20,000 bases of DNA. Origin: Rotaria socialis. Taxonomy: Eukaryota. Shown in pieces: positions 1 to 10,955 of this stretch (its first letter is position 1; each line of letters starts with the position of its first letter). The notes under the pieces were generated by a model that searched no databases, was not told the origin of the DNA, and was given only the letters and a program-made list of their open reading frames with translations. The translations under genes and the position numbers were made by a program. The stretch lies in contig CAJNYD010000357.1 of NCBI GenBank assembly GCA_905331295.1, positions 53,754 to 73,753 of the forward strand, read 5' to 3'.

Positions 1-893
1 TTTTTAATTTATTAGTAAATATGTTTTATAATTCTCTATACATTGGTTGATGTTCTTCGTGAATACTCCACATAATAATCCAAAATAACATTTACTATTC
101 AAGAAATGATACCTAAAACAAAACTTAATATCCAATAGGGTATATTTCCAACGATTCAAAATATCTATTGAACTTTTATGAACTTAACGATATTTTCAGC
201 ATCCGTTATGCTAACGCAATAGTAGAGAGAGATATAACAACGTACATTGTTAAAACAAAGTGAGTTTATTTGGGTTATTTGAAATAAATGTTCAAATTAT
301 CTTAAATTGCCTTTCGCCTGTTCGTGACTATCAAATAATCTTTATTTTTACTTTACTATTTGTTTCGTTAGAATTTTTGTGTGCTAAAATTATATTTTTG
401 AACTGTGGATGATTAAAAGTCAAATGAAAGATATGCTATACCTTTCACTTCAAATCAAAAGTATCATTAGCACCTAGAAAAAAAGACAAAATGATCAATT
501 TTAGTTTAATCACAGGTATCATTCTTGTATAGCATCAATATAACTACAATTATTTATATAGATTGTTGATTTTAAAATCTTTTTGTGAAAACTGCGTCAC
601 ACAATATAAAATTCAGACACTTGTGTTAGGTTCACCTCATGTAGTACATTTGCACGAATATCATATCAATACGATGTAGTCGTCAAAAACAAAATGATTA
701 ATGGAAAGTATTAGGTATATCATGGAATGTAATCTGATTGGTGTAAATAAGAAAGGATATGCTACATACACTATTGTATGTAGCGTGTGAATGTAGCTTA
801 TCTTAACCCACAAGTGAACGTGAACATCGATATACACATGAAACTCAACCTGTAGATGAATATAAACCGGAACACAAACCACAGCAATTATCA

Positions 894-1214
894 ATGGAAG
901 AACGCAAACGTATACATAACCGATCATGCACCTTAAAACAACGCAAACGATTATATCGACAGGAAATCGTTTGTGAAAATACGGATGCTCGATTTACCAC
1001 TACGAAAATAAAACAATTACTACGAGAACGAAATATTGAATTTTCCGCTATTAATCGATCTCAATCAAAATTGAATAAACGAACTTTATATATAGGAATA
1101 AAAAACATCAATCACATGCCGCGATACGAAATCCTAACCAAATATTTATTCAGCACCGCCAATTATAATCGTTATTCAAGTGATCGTCATCATCGATCTA
1201 ATTCTCGATATTGA
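894..1214 (+). CDS. Small basic (Arg/Lys-rich) protein of unknown function, possibly nucleic-acid binding; frame is open upstream to 807, so it may be a last exon or a fragment
   Basis: 106-aa ORF with protein-like composition (RKRLYRQEIV...RFTTTKIKQLLRERNIEFSAIN...RTLYIGIKN), unlike the F/I/L-rich spurious ORFs nearby. The nearest in-frame upstream stop is TAA at 804-806. Confidence 0.5.
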   Translation: MEERKRIHNRSCTLKQRKRLYRQEIVCENTDARFTTTKIKQLLRERNIEFSAINRSQSKLNKRTLYIGIKNINHMPRYEILTKYLFSTANYNRYSSDRHHRSNSRY

Positions 1215-2068
1215 ATTACATTGATCAATTCTCACCAACACAAATTGATTTATTATAAATGATTCTATATTTTATCGCACAGTACGATATAACAGTATCA
1301 AATACATTGATATCGATGATTAAATGAATTATAAATAAACATGTGTTCGACTTGCACTTAATGATCACCACATCATGATTTATCTCACATGATCTGGATT
1401 GTTGAACAAGCGGAAACATTTTTTCTATAACGTCTCATGATCCATTTTTTTTTCCTCACATTTTCTTTAAAGTGATGTTATATTTGCACTGATCTCAATC
1501 TCCTACTTCATAGTATCTCATTTGGTTTATTTTGATGATTATATTAGATTGTGATGTTTTCTTTTTCTTTTCCTTTCTTGCTCGATCAGATTTTGTTATT
1601 CAAGTTCAGATATCTATGTTGCACACGGAAAAAATCTTCGTTATTATTATTATTTGTTTTTCGTGTTAGATTATCTGCTATTTTTTCTCTCTTCCTTCTT
1701 TATTATATGGTAATCGTTTACCTTCATATTTCTCTCATCGTCTTTCTCACTATATTTTTTTGGGAATATTAAACATATCCATTGTTCTTTCGTTAGTGAT
1801 TTTTTTGCTATTTGTTTAAATGTTGATAAGCCACATTTTTGTCAACATGGGAGAATGTTACAGAGAGGTCACCAGTCAACATTACATTGTTATCTGCTGC
1901 TCTCTGTCCTTCTCGTTATTCGTATCTATATGGAGGGATGTTCTCCTATTTTTTGGAGAGATTTATATGGTTAATTTTGGTATAAGAAGAATAAAAACGA
2001 TTGTGCGTAAGCACCAAAAATTATATTGATTGATATAGAGAGAAGGAGGGAAACGCTCACATATCCCC

Positions 2069-2115
2069 TTTATATGCCATTAGTATGGAAACTTCTAGAA
2101 CTTTCTTGACTGTTC
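2069..2115 (-). promoter_or_regulatory. Heat-shock element array next to a minus-strand TATA box
   Basis: 2088-2115 reads GAA-ac-TTC-ta-GAA-ct-TTC-tt-GAC-tg-TTC: six phased inverted nGAAn units, five of them perfect. TTTATA at 2069-2074 is TATAAA on the minus strand, 13 bp away. Confidence 0.6.
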
Positions 2116-2577
2116 TATGAAATTTTCAAAAACAACGCAAAAACTTTCTTGCCAACCCAATATTTTACATATTTGTTCAGGATTGGAATTCTCACATCAT
2201 AATTGATGCAGTGAGCACAATATGATCATTATGAGATACCAGATTTAAAAGAAGAAATATCCAAATAAGTTTTCACTATCAAATCTCACATATTTTCTTG
2301 CTTACCATCAAAAATAATATGCGGTTCAGAATTATTTATTCAAATATGAAAAAAACAATAAGAAAACAATACGCATTTTCAATACGGTCTTTCAACTATG
2401 CAACTTGTCGAGCTGCTTTTTCATCTATGTTGTCTAGTTTTCAAATAACAACCAGATGTTCGCTGATGCTGATGTACTACTTCTAAATTCATCGATGACA
2501 CTTCATAACTGATACTATATCCGTATCACTCTACATTAGAGATTTTGTAAGGCGATTTTCTAAATATTTAAATACTA

Positions 2578-3788
2578 CCCAGGTGACCAAAAGACTAGTA
2601 AAAAGACTAATCTTTTTTCTAGACAAGTCGGCCGTCCAGTCTAGTCTTTTTCTCAAAATGTCCTAGTACAGGACTAGTCTGAAATCTCGTATAGTCCATA
2701 GTGCCCGTCTGGACTATGAAAGTGACTGGAGTCATTCTATTTGTCATGCGTAGTCTTTTTCGAAAAAAGTCTAGACATGCTGTACCATCCTGACGCCCGT
2801 CAAAAATATGATTCTAAATAAAAGTAAGAGCGTCTATGACGCTTTACATGACGAGTTGTGGTCTTATATAATGACGAGATCCTGACCAGTCTAAACTGAA
2901 ATATTTTATGACTACAACTAGATTCGAACACACATACCAACTATTACTTACCCATCGTTCAGACCATTGAGCCATTTGATCGAGAGATCAATTTATCAGT
3001 ATTACTAGTCATTCTAAGATGTTTTAAAATACGAATTTTTTCTAAGTTTTATTCAATTTTTCATATGAATAAAAAATATTTTTTTATAAATTCCAAAATT
3101 ATTCAGATGAAATTGAATAAAATAAATTGAAAACTGTGGTTATTTTATCTCATGTTTTAGTCATTAATTTAGCAATTCACCAGGACAATTTATTCAACAA
3201 TTTTTTTCCTTCTAATATTCATTTAGATAATTCAGAATTCGGACTGACGATGTACTTAAAAAATAGAATAATCTTTACGAACATACAACGGTTTATATCA
3301 GCCTAGGAGCAGTCCTTCTAGCTACCATTAAAGGCATTTTCGGGTAGTGAGAATCAGTTTCCATCAAGTGATTTCTGCACGCATAGTATATGGAAGACGC
3401 CCATTTGCATTTTAGAATATATACATAGACATAAGGCTTACTGTATTACGGACTGCCGTCAAGACGCCAGTCTGATTTTTAATAGTATTATAAGTGTCTC
3501 TAATGTTGTAACCTAACTTTCTTCTCCCTTTTTTACAATATTTTTCCCTTCTATGTGCTAGTCCAGGTGGGAGTAAATGAATAAACAGACCAGTCTAGAC
3601 GGGTAAAAGGACAAACGGACTAGTCAGAACGATGCTCTGGGATAGCTTGGACCAGTCCAGACGGGTAAAAGGACAAACGGACTAGTCACAATAGATATGG
3701 AAGACGTATTAGACTAGACTTGACGGATATAGCAGACTTTTTGGACTAGTCATGTCGCCAGTCCTCCCTATTTTTTTGCTCACTTGGG
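2578..3788. mobile_element. Non-autonomous TIR DNA transposon (~1.2 kb) with CCCA termini, probably CMC/EnSpm-like
   Basis: Left end CCCAGGTGACCAAAA; right end TTTTGCTCACTTGGG (reverse complement CCCAAGTGAGCAAAA, 13/15 match). Both arms are packed with GACTAGTC/TAGTC/GACGG motifs around an AT-rich core, and there is no ORF. Flanks are TA and GA, so the 2-bp TSD is imperfect. Confidence 0.75.
3588..3688 (+). repeat. Two-copy 39-bp direct repeat (period 62) within the TIR element
   Basis: GACCAGTC(T/C)AGACGGGTAAAAGGACAAACGGACTAGTCA at 3588-3626 and 3650-3688, one mismatch. Confidence 0.9.
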
Positions 3789-4050
3789 GAAGCGTATGTT
3801 ATAGCAAAGCGTTTCTAATTCTCTTTGACGAAACCTATGTTATCTATATTGTTGAATGTTCTTTCTATTATGATTTACTTTGTTGTCGTTTCTCTTTAGT
3901 TTTTTTTATAACAAAGTATACGACTGATATATATCTGGATATTCAATGGATGTTTTTATTCCAGTTGTTGCATACTGCGTTTTGAGCCTCTCTTGTGCTG
4001 ATTCATTAACAACTTTCGTGCCTCTGAACGAGTCAATTAATACAGCTTAG

Positions 4051-4057
4051 TATATAA
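4051..4057 (+). promoter_or_regulatory. Candidate TATA box for the hAT transposase
   Basis: TATATAA about 60 bp upstream of ATG 4117, which is preceded by AAAAA. Confidence 0.3.
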
Positions 4058-4116
4058 GAAGTTCAACAATAATTGATTATTTGAATTAATTTTTGGTTTA
4101 TTCTTTTTTGTAAAAA

Positions 4117-4665
4117 ATGAAAGATCAAGAATTACCATCAGAATCGACATCACGTCCAATTTTTCGCCAAAATCTCAATATAACAACTAGTTCAGCAAAT
4201 ATGCACACTCGAAATAGTTCTTCTTCAAAAGATCTTAATAAAATCGTTAAACTAACTTCAACAACAACAAAAAGAAATAATCCAAAAACAAAAAAAAACA
4301 ATTTGGTTCACGAAAGAAAAGAACATATATTCAATCAACACCGAAATCTAAAATACCAACAACAATCTTTGACAATTATAGTAATTAGTACTCATGACGA
4401 TATGATTGGTGATCATGGTTCAACACCAGTACAAAAATCACGTTCAAATAATTCTTCTACATGTCAAATTAACATCAATGTAGAAGAAAATTTAATTCAT
4501 CTTGATGATCCTCTGGCAAGCGATGAAACAGATAACAATGAACCTAATCCACCATCGAATGTCGTGCCAAAAACAACTACTAAAACCAAACAAGATGTAT
4601 GGGAGTACTTTACGAAACAATATAATGGAGAAGTTAAATGTAATTTATGTCCGAATTCGTCAAAA
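4117..4665 (+). CDS. hAT transposase exon 1 (disordered N-terminus and first half of the BED finger)
   Basis: Ends ...VWEYFTKQYNGEVKCNLCPNSSK, followed by donor GTAATA at 4666. Confidence 0.8.
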
Positions 4666-4803
4666 GTAATACATCTTTTTCTTTTATTAGACCTTAGATG
4701 TGACTATTCTAGAAAAATATAGGTTTCTTTCGAATAATTTAATTTTCCACAAGAATTGCCTACGGTGTGTTATTTTACTTATTGTTTTTACTGCTTTTTC
4801 TAG

Positions 4804-5507
4804 GCATTTCCAAAATCAAACCAATTATCGGATACAAACCTTCGTAGTCATCTCGGTCGAGCTCATAAATTTACAGATTTTCTTTATCCATCACAACGTC
4901 CAACGAAACAATTACCCGAACAAGAAACTCTATCTGTATCTGGTCAAAATAAAAAAGCGTTAGATACAGCCGCTATTCAAGCAATTATTGAAGACACACA
5001 TGCATTCAATATTTTTCGTAAATCTGGAATGCAAAAGTTTCTGTCATTGGCTACACCAGGTTATCGTGGTCCAAATCGAAAAACAGTTGTTAAACGTTTG
5101 AAATCTATGTACAAAGAACGACGATCAACAATTCGTAATAATTTATCATCCATTTCGGATATATCATTATCAGTTGATATTTGGAAAAGTATCCGACAAG
5201 ATCATTTCTTATGTTTATCTGCACATTATTATGATGATCATTATGACGCTAATTCACATGTTATTTCATTTCGTCGTTTTCTTGGTACACATTATAGTGA
5301 TCGAATAGAACAATTTATTAGTCATGAAATCGAAAAACTTAATATTGAAGCAAAAATACGTTCAATAACAACTGATAACGGAGCTGATATCCGATTAGCT
5401 GCACAAAATAAATAAAAGTTTGGAACAAGAATTTCATGTTTAATACATGTTTTGAATTTAGTTGTACAAAATGGTATGTGGTTGTTCAAAATACCAAAGC
5501 GACAAAC
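4804..5507 (+). CDS. hAT transposase exon 2 (BED His pair, first two catalytic Asp, CxxH); contains the in-frame stop
   Basis: Acceptor TTTTTCTAG ends at 4803 and donor GTAAGC starts at 5508. The frame continues past TAA 5413 into KFGTRISCLIHVLNLVVQNG. Confidence 0.85.
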
Positions 5508-6566
5508 GTAAGCAATCTTTCTCTACAAGAAGAGGGTGACAGAATCCTTTGACAAACAAATAACTGTATGTTTACATTAGATGATTTTTTAATTGATAGA
5601 CCAAAACAAAGTTATGCATGAATGAAGAATCCCCACTCTCAGGTTTTCTAGCAAGTTTTTAATTCTATTGCACATTATTAAAGGTTTTTCTCGTTTGAGC
5701 TATGTGGAACAAAATAGCATATGCTCAGATATATATGCAGTCAAAGATTTGCTAGTTGACTCGTTAATTCTTTTTTATTTCTGGAATGTACTTAATTCTT
5801 TCAGGTTTAGTCAGCATAATCTAGCTGGCATGTGAGCTATTGAAAAGTCGAAGCGTAGAAATGTCTCTTTGGTATACTTTATTTAATGATCTAAGGCTAA
5901 ATTGATAATGCTACAAATTTATTTGTTTCTTAAAAGTTCGTAAAAGGAGAAGTACACGATCAAATGATTAAACAATCATTTGATATTTATTCTATAAACA
6001 TCTTCATTTATATCAAAGTCGATTGAAAATTGGTATCGATAGGACATACGGAAGATTGCTAAAATAAATGAAATTCGTATTGTGCAATACTATAGTCAAC
6101 GCTATTTATTTTACAGTTAATTTATTCAAATATCTTCCGTTTTAATGTATTAAGGGCTTTTCAACTTTCATTGAAACAAAAAATGTCGAAAAATAAAAAT
6201 ATCAGCGCCGGTGGCGCTTAATTCTATTTCGACAGTCTTATTTCGACCGAAGTTGAGAGAATTTTTTTATTTCTAACTGCTTAAAAACTCATGCAAATCA
6301 GTTGTCTTATATATAATTTTTATCTATAAGCAGGAACACTTGTGTTTTATTCTACTTTGTTTAGAAAGAATGAAATTATTGCTAAGCTGGTTCTATATTT
6401 TCTTGTCGAATATGTTTTAAAGTAGTTGAAAAGATAATTTTATCTCGCGTTTACTTAAACTCAAAATCGAGGAATAGCTTCTAACTGACTGAATGCATGT
6501 TAAAATTTAATTGTTGCTTCATATTTTTTCCATAAAATGCATTTTTGTTCTTTTCTTTTCAAATAG

Positions 6567-7620
6567 TTTAACATTATCTTCATCAGCAAATACCACTTCA
6601 TCAACAATAACAATAACAAAATCAAATCGAACATCATCAAAAACAAATACAATCAAATCAAATACAGCATCATCCTCATCCAATAATATTAAATCAAATT
6701 CAGCATTATCAGCATCAAGTACAAGCAAATATAATACAACAGCAACAGCACTTCCTGATTCATTCACTGAAGATGATGATGATGATTTTACAATAAATGA
6801 TGATCAAGTTTTGGACGAAGTAAGTGATGATAACAAAAGTGATAATATGAGTGAAGGTAGTGATATTGACAAATCATCTGATAATACATCAATAACAACA
6901 TCATCATTATCAGATAATGAATCGAATTGGTCATCTCCAGAAAACAATACTGATAATGATGAATTAAATGAACCATTATCATCAACAATTACAGAAGAAG
7001 AAGAATTTCTTAGTCGATCATTTGCTGAACCATCAATTCTATTAATCAAAGTCAATGTTATTCTTAAACGTGTTCGAAGACTTGTGGCAATGATACGAAA
7101 TACAAGTGGATTGAATAGATATGTTATCAAAGAAATAAAATTACTATTGGAAAATATAAATCGTCAACGAGAAGCTCAAAACAAAAAGAAGATTAACTTT
7201 AAACATTTTACATTGGATATGAAAATTAGATGGAATTCGTCTTTTATAATGATATCACGTTTTGTATTATTTAGTCCTATCATTACTTCATTAACACATA
7301 ATCCATCTAAAGAAATCAATTTGAAACCACATCAATACAGAAAATTAAAAAAACTGTCATTTACATCACTTGATTGGTCTATATTAACAGCACTTGAAAA
7401 TGTTCTTGAACCATTTAATCATTCAACAAAAATTTTTTCAAGTCGTCGGCGACCAACTTTATCCATCAATCAATCTTTTATTCATGCTCTAAGAAATTTT
7501 TTAACACTAGCCGATGATGCACCATTAACAATCGAAAATTTATTAAAAAAACAACTATTGTTGAATCTCAATTTTTATTTTGATAAACATGTTAGTGATG
7601 AACAATGTAAAGCAATGTTG
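6567..7620 (+). CDS. hAT transposase exon 3 (S/T/D-rich insert and insertion domain with RWNS)
   Basis: Polypyrimidine tract plus AATAG ends at 6566; donor GTATGT at 7621; lies within ORF 6511-7662. Confidence 0.85.
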
Positions 7621-8105
7621 GTATGTATAAAAAAAAGAACGTGCTTTGAAGAAAGAAGATGAGAAACACTTTTGATTGTTGTCTACACATCGAAAAATGA
7701 ATAGCATTTTGTTTCATTTATTATCAAGCACTTTTCCGACTTGCTTCTAGAAGATAAATTAGGCATTATAACTATTTAAATTGTCATCAAGTTTGCTGTT
7801 GTTTATCTGATTACATGTTTTTCTAAATTCGTCTTTTTCATTTCGTCTTCGGAAATAAAATCTATACAAGCTAAAAATTAGCTGTTATCATTCATCTTTT
7901 CATTTCCATGTATTATTAGTTCAAACGATTTCATCAGGTCTTCGGTGAGGGCTTTCCGTATCGAGAAATTAGAGTCATTAAGATTTTAAATCATAGTAGA
8001 AAAGCAATACTCTGTTCAAAAGAGAATTATGAAATATACAATAATGCTTCTTAACAATTATTTTCAATAAAAGTCATGCTTTTCTCATTTTGTGCTTCAT
8101 TACAG

Positions 8106-8630
8106 ATATCCTCGTTTCTTGATCCAACAACGTATCCATTTTTGAGTTGCAATGATAAAAAAGAAGCAGAAACCATCATCTGTAATGAAGCTAAACAACA
8201 TTATAAAAAATTAAATTCTCAATCATTAACATCATCAAATCAATCATCAATAACTAAACCATCAAATAAAGAACAACAAAGTAGTCAAGCAACGATATTG
8301 CAAAATTTTTTTTTAACTTGTGGTATTAAACTGCAAGCGACATCAACTGCTTTTAAACCATCAACTATAAAAGAAGAAATTGCTCAATATGTTGCAACGG
8401 TTAATCTTTATCAAACTTTTAGCCAATACTGGTATGCAAATAAAGATCGTTTACCTATTTTATCTTCATTTGTTCGTCAATACAACATCATATGTGCGAC
8501 TTCCATTGATTGTGAGAGTTCCTTTAGTATTGCTGGCTTTATTCATCGTAAAAATAGATCTTCATTGGCACCGTCAACCTTGAGATATTCAATGATATTA
8601 CGTGAGCAAGTCAAAAATGAACAAACATAA
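8106..8630 (+). CDS. hAT transposase exon 4 (LDP motif, C-terminal dimerisation domain, catalytic Glu)
   Basis: Acceptor TTACAG ends at 8105; reads ISSFLDP...YWYANKDRLPILS...ATSIDCESSFSIAG...RSSLAPSTL. Confidence 0.88.
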   Translation: MSSFLDPTTYPFLSCNDKKEAETIICNEAKQHYKKLNSQSLTSSNQSSITKPSNKEQQSSQATILQNFFLTCGIKLQATSTAFKPSTIKEEIAQYVATVNLYQTFSQYWYANKDRLPILSSFVRQYNIICATSIDCESSFSIAGFIHRKNRSSLAPSTLRYSMILREQVKNEQT

Positions 8631-9869
8631 TTTTTCATGTATTTGTTGATGGTTTTTTAGTCTCGTCTTTTTGTTTTTTTTGTGCGTTAACTTATAATAT
8701 TTTTCTTGTACATACAGAAAGATTATGTTGCTTGTCTATGAGTATATTTTTTTGTATTATCAGGGAGCGAAATAAAAAGAACTTCTCGTTAAGCTTTGAT
8801 CTGAAAATAAAATAGGTATTGATATAAGATGTATTCTTTTACGAATGTGAAAAAAGACGATTTTCTAGTTTAGCCTGTAGTAAAAACAAAAATCGAGATG
8901 GCTATGTATAAAAATCTCAAACATAAAGTTAAGTTCTATGCATAACAAAAAGAGCGTATTATTTCGATTATCATTCAATTTTTCCTGCATAAATGATTCA
9001 ATTTAAAACACTTAAGATTTTCTATCTATATCATAAGTGTTGCTCTTCATTTTTAAAAATTGTCTTCGATAATCGAGAAATTACAGCTATACGAGTAGAA
9101 TAACGAAAACAAATGGTAGCTACATAGGTAAAATAACCGCTAGATATGGGTTTCAATTATTTTCATTTCTCTTCATTGTCAGTATACACGATTTTGTTGC
9201 TCTTAACGCCCCAGGTAGTCGTGATACAATAGAAATAGTTCTATATAAGCAAGATCACTCATGAATTGACGAGGATACCTGTTTTTTAACAATTTCTGCA
9301 TAAAAATATGAATAGTAAACTTTCATATGTACTAGAGAGGTCAGTAATCGCTCCGTCATCGGTTATTGTGTACGTGATAACTAAAAATTGATGGCTTAAA
9401 TTTTTCCACCAAGAAAAAACTACTTTGCTAAAACAAGATTTTTCTTAATGTTAGATTCCACGTTTGTGAATCAGAAAATTTGAATCTCTAAACGCTTCTT
9501 GAAAATATTTCTGATAGTGTTTTGTTGAAAACTTCACTGTACACATGGGGATACTTGATAGTGAAAGGTATTTGCTTAAATTCCATAACTGATCACGCGT
9601 TCTCTCATAATTTGATTTTCCGATAGTTGAATCAATATCAAAAAGTTTTATTTTTATTTGATAATTCGTGATCCATATAAAGCTCAAGTGTCTTACGGCG
9701 CGTAACAACAAGTAAATCCTGTTACATTAAAATTCTATATTGTAAAATATGTAATTACATCTTTATTCAATGCGATTTCGTTGTATTTGGTTAAAATAAT
9801 TTTTTGAAGATGCGAAGATGAGATTATGGCAAAAGTCAAGAATGATCATCGAATACTCTATCAATATAT

Positions 9870-9993
9870 CGACTTTAATTTAGACTTTAATTAAAGTTAA
9901 AGTGTTAAAGTGTTTTACTTTAACTTTAACATTTAAAGTTTAAAGTATTACTTTAACTTTATTTTTTAAAGTAAAGTTAAAGTGCCACCCCTA
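9870..9993. mobile_element. Right terminus of a hAT-type element: TIR plus AAAGT/ACTTT subterminal repeats
   Basis: Ends TAAAGTGCCACCCCTA, whose reverse complement TAGGGGTGGCACTTTA is identical to the element start at 19584. It is preceded by dense TTAAAGT/ACTTTAA units. No matching left TIR was found upstream within the window. Confidence 0.75.
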
Positions 9994-10001
9994 AGTATAA
10001 C

Positions 10002-10102
10002 TTCGTTTACGGCAACAGTAAACGACTACAAAATACGGTCGCCGTTTTTCACCGTGAATGATAGGTATACGGCCGCTTACGCCTCAGGTTGATCGACCTG
10101 GG
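10002..10102. mobile_element. Right-end fragment of a CCCAGG-terminus TIR element
   Basis: Repeated TACGG/CCGT motifs, ending TTGATCGACCTGGG followed by TA. The terminus resembles the CCCAGGT end at 2578. Confidence 0.55.
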
Positions 10103-10319
10103 TATGCATATATTTTTTTTATTTGAACATGTGTATAATTTGTGTATTCATTTTTTTGTTAATGGTTTCGCAGAAAGTTATTTTCTTTAAAATTGTGTTT
10201 GTTATATATTTTTTTAATCTAAAATGCAATAAATGTGAAAGAAAAAATGATTCAGGTCTAGTTAGTTCTTTGGTCCAATTAATGCTTATCGATAGTTTAC
10301 ATGTTACCTCCTATTTAAA

Positions 10320-10493
10320 AACTGCAACACAGTTACGCGTAGCTGCAAGTTTTTCATCGCAGTTACGCATAGTTACGATGAAAAAATCGCAGTTACGCGT
10401 AACTGTGTCGCAGTTTTTCGCAATTACGGGTCACAGTGCGATCGCAGTTACGGCGTAACTACGTCGCAGTTTGACCGTAATGGAACACATGGG
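10320..10493. mobile_element. Right-end fragment of a TIR element with CGCAGTTACG / GTTACGCGTAAC repeats
   Basis: Multiple (T)CGCAGTTACG units and the palindrome GTTACGCGTAAC, ending GGAACACATGGG (a CCCA-type terminus on the reverse strand). Confidence 0.55.
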
Positions 10494-10568
10494 GGCCGTT
10501 TGATGGAGAAAAAACTGAAAAAAATAACTTTTCCAAAATGGTGGTTGGGTCTCCATGGATTTACCCTA
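10494..10568. mobile_element. Possible further transposon right end
   Basis: Ends GGTCTCCATGGATTTACCCTA (reverse complement TAGGGTAAATCCATGGAGACC), a TIR-like terminus. No partner was found in the window. Confidence 0.3.
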
Positions 10569-10597
10569 GTATCATTTAAAAGGCGACTAAAACTTAC

Positions 10598-10955
10598 CTG
10601 TAATCTTTAACATCAAAATATTGCAGGATGAGGCCAGAATGATGCATAGAGAAAAACATATTCCAAGAATAACACGGTATTGATCATATTGAGAATTTAT
10701 CCATCCATTGTGAAATAGTAAAGTGTATAGAATAAGTAAAACAATAAGATCAGGTACGATAACCAAGCATGACCAAAATAATGTGTCACCAGGGAAGTCT
10801 ACTCTACTACCATAATAATAATAAAAACCATCAGACCATTTATACCCGTTGCAGCGCAACATATAGAAAAAAGGATTTCATAAAATCTATTTGATATGAA
10901 ATAAAACAACTACTAATTCAGTTAAAAGTAGTGCTTACAAATTAGGTTGATTCAT
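10598..10955 (-). pseudogene. 5' exons of a membrane-protein gene (two predicted TM helices), probably damaged
   Basis: The main exon 10860-10598 ends at a perfect CAG|GTAAGT donor. A candidate first exon 10955-10939 (ATG AAT CAA CCT AAT TT|GTAAGC) is in phase across a 78-bp intron, but the acceptor reads AT instead of AG. Hydrophobic stretches: LFWSCLVIVPDLIVLLILYTLLF and VILGICFSLCIILASSCNILML. Confidence 0.5.

Larger units (their letters stand above)
4117..8630 (+). pseudogene. hAT-superfamily (Ac/hobo/Tam3, ZBED-like) DDE transposase; 4 exons (4117-4665, 4804-5507, 6567-7620, 8106-8630); 943 codons plus stop, with one premature TAA at 5413-5415
   Basis: All three GT-AG introns are phase-compatible (0, 2, 0). 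Splicing rebuilds the BED finger VWEYF..CNLC..|..NLRSHLGRAH. Also present: catalytic D (SVDIW, 5176), D (TTDNGAD, 5374), CLIHVLNL (5437-5460), RWNS (7228), SFLDP, and the dimerisation domain with E (ATSIDCESSFS, 8514). Confidence 0.92.

Noticed and set aside
199..259. Possible plus-strand mini-exon (TTTCAG...GTGAGT)
   Set aside because: Splice signals are plausible, but there are no linked exons or recognisable peptide.
1622..1666. CACACGGAAAAAA...TTTTTCGTGT, resembling a tiny TIR relic
   Set aside because: Too short and A/T-run dominated to distinguish from chance.
3588..3688. CRISPR-like repeat-spacer-repeat (39 bp / 23 bp / 39 bp)
   Set aside because: Only two units, no cas genes, eukaryotic context, and built from the host transposon's own subterminal motifs.
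5413..5415. Alternative genetic code (TAA = Gln, as in ciliates)
   Set aside because: This is the only internal TAA in the transposase, the 1784-codon ORF has none, and both genes end in TAA.
6519..7130. Three minus-strand ORFs
   Set aside because: Antisense shadows of the low-complexity transposase exon 3.
10123..10458. 111-aa ORF
   Set aside because: Non-ATG start, T-rich first half, and a second half that is translated transposon repeat (SQLR units).
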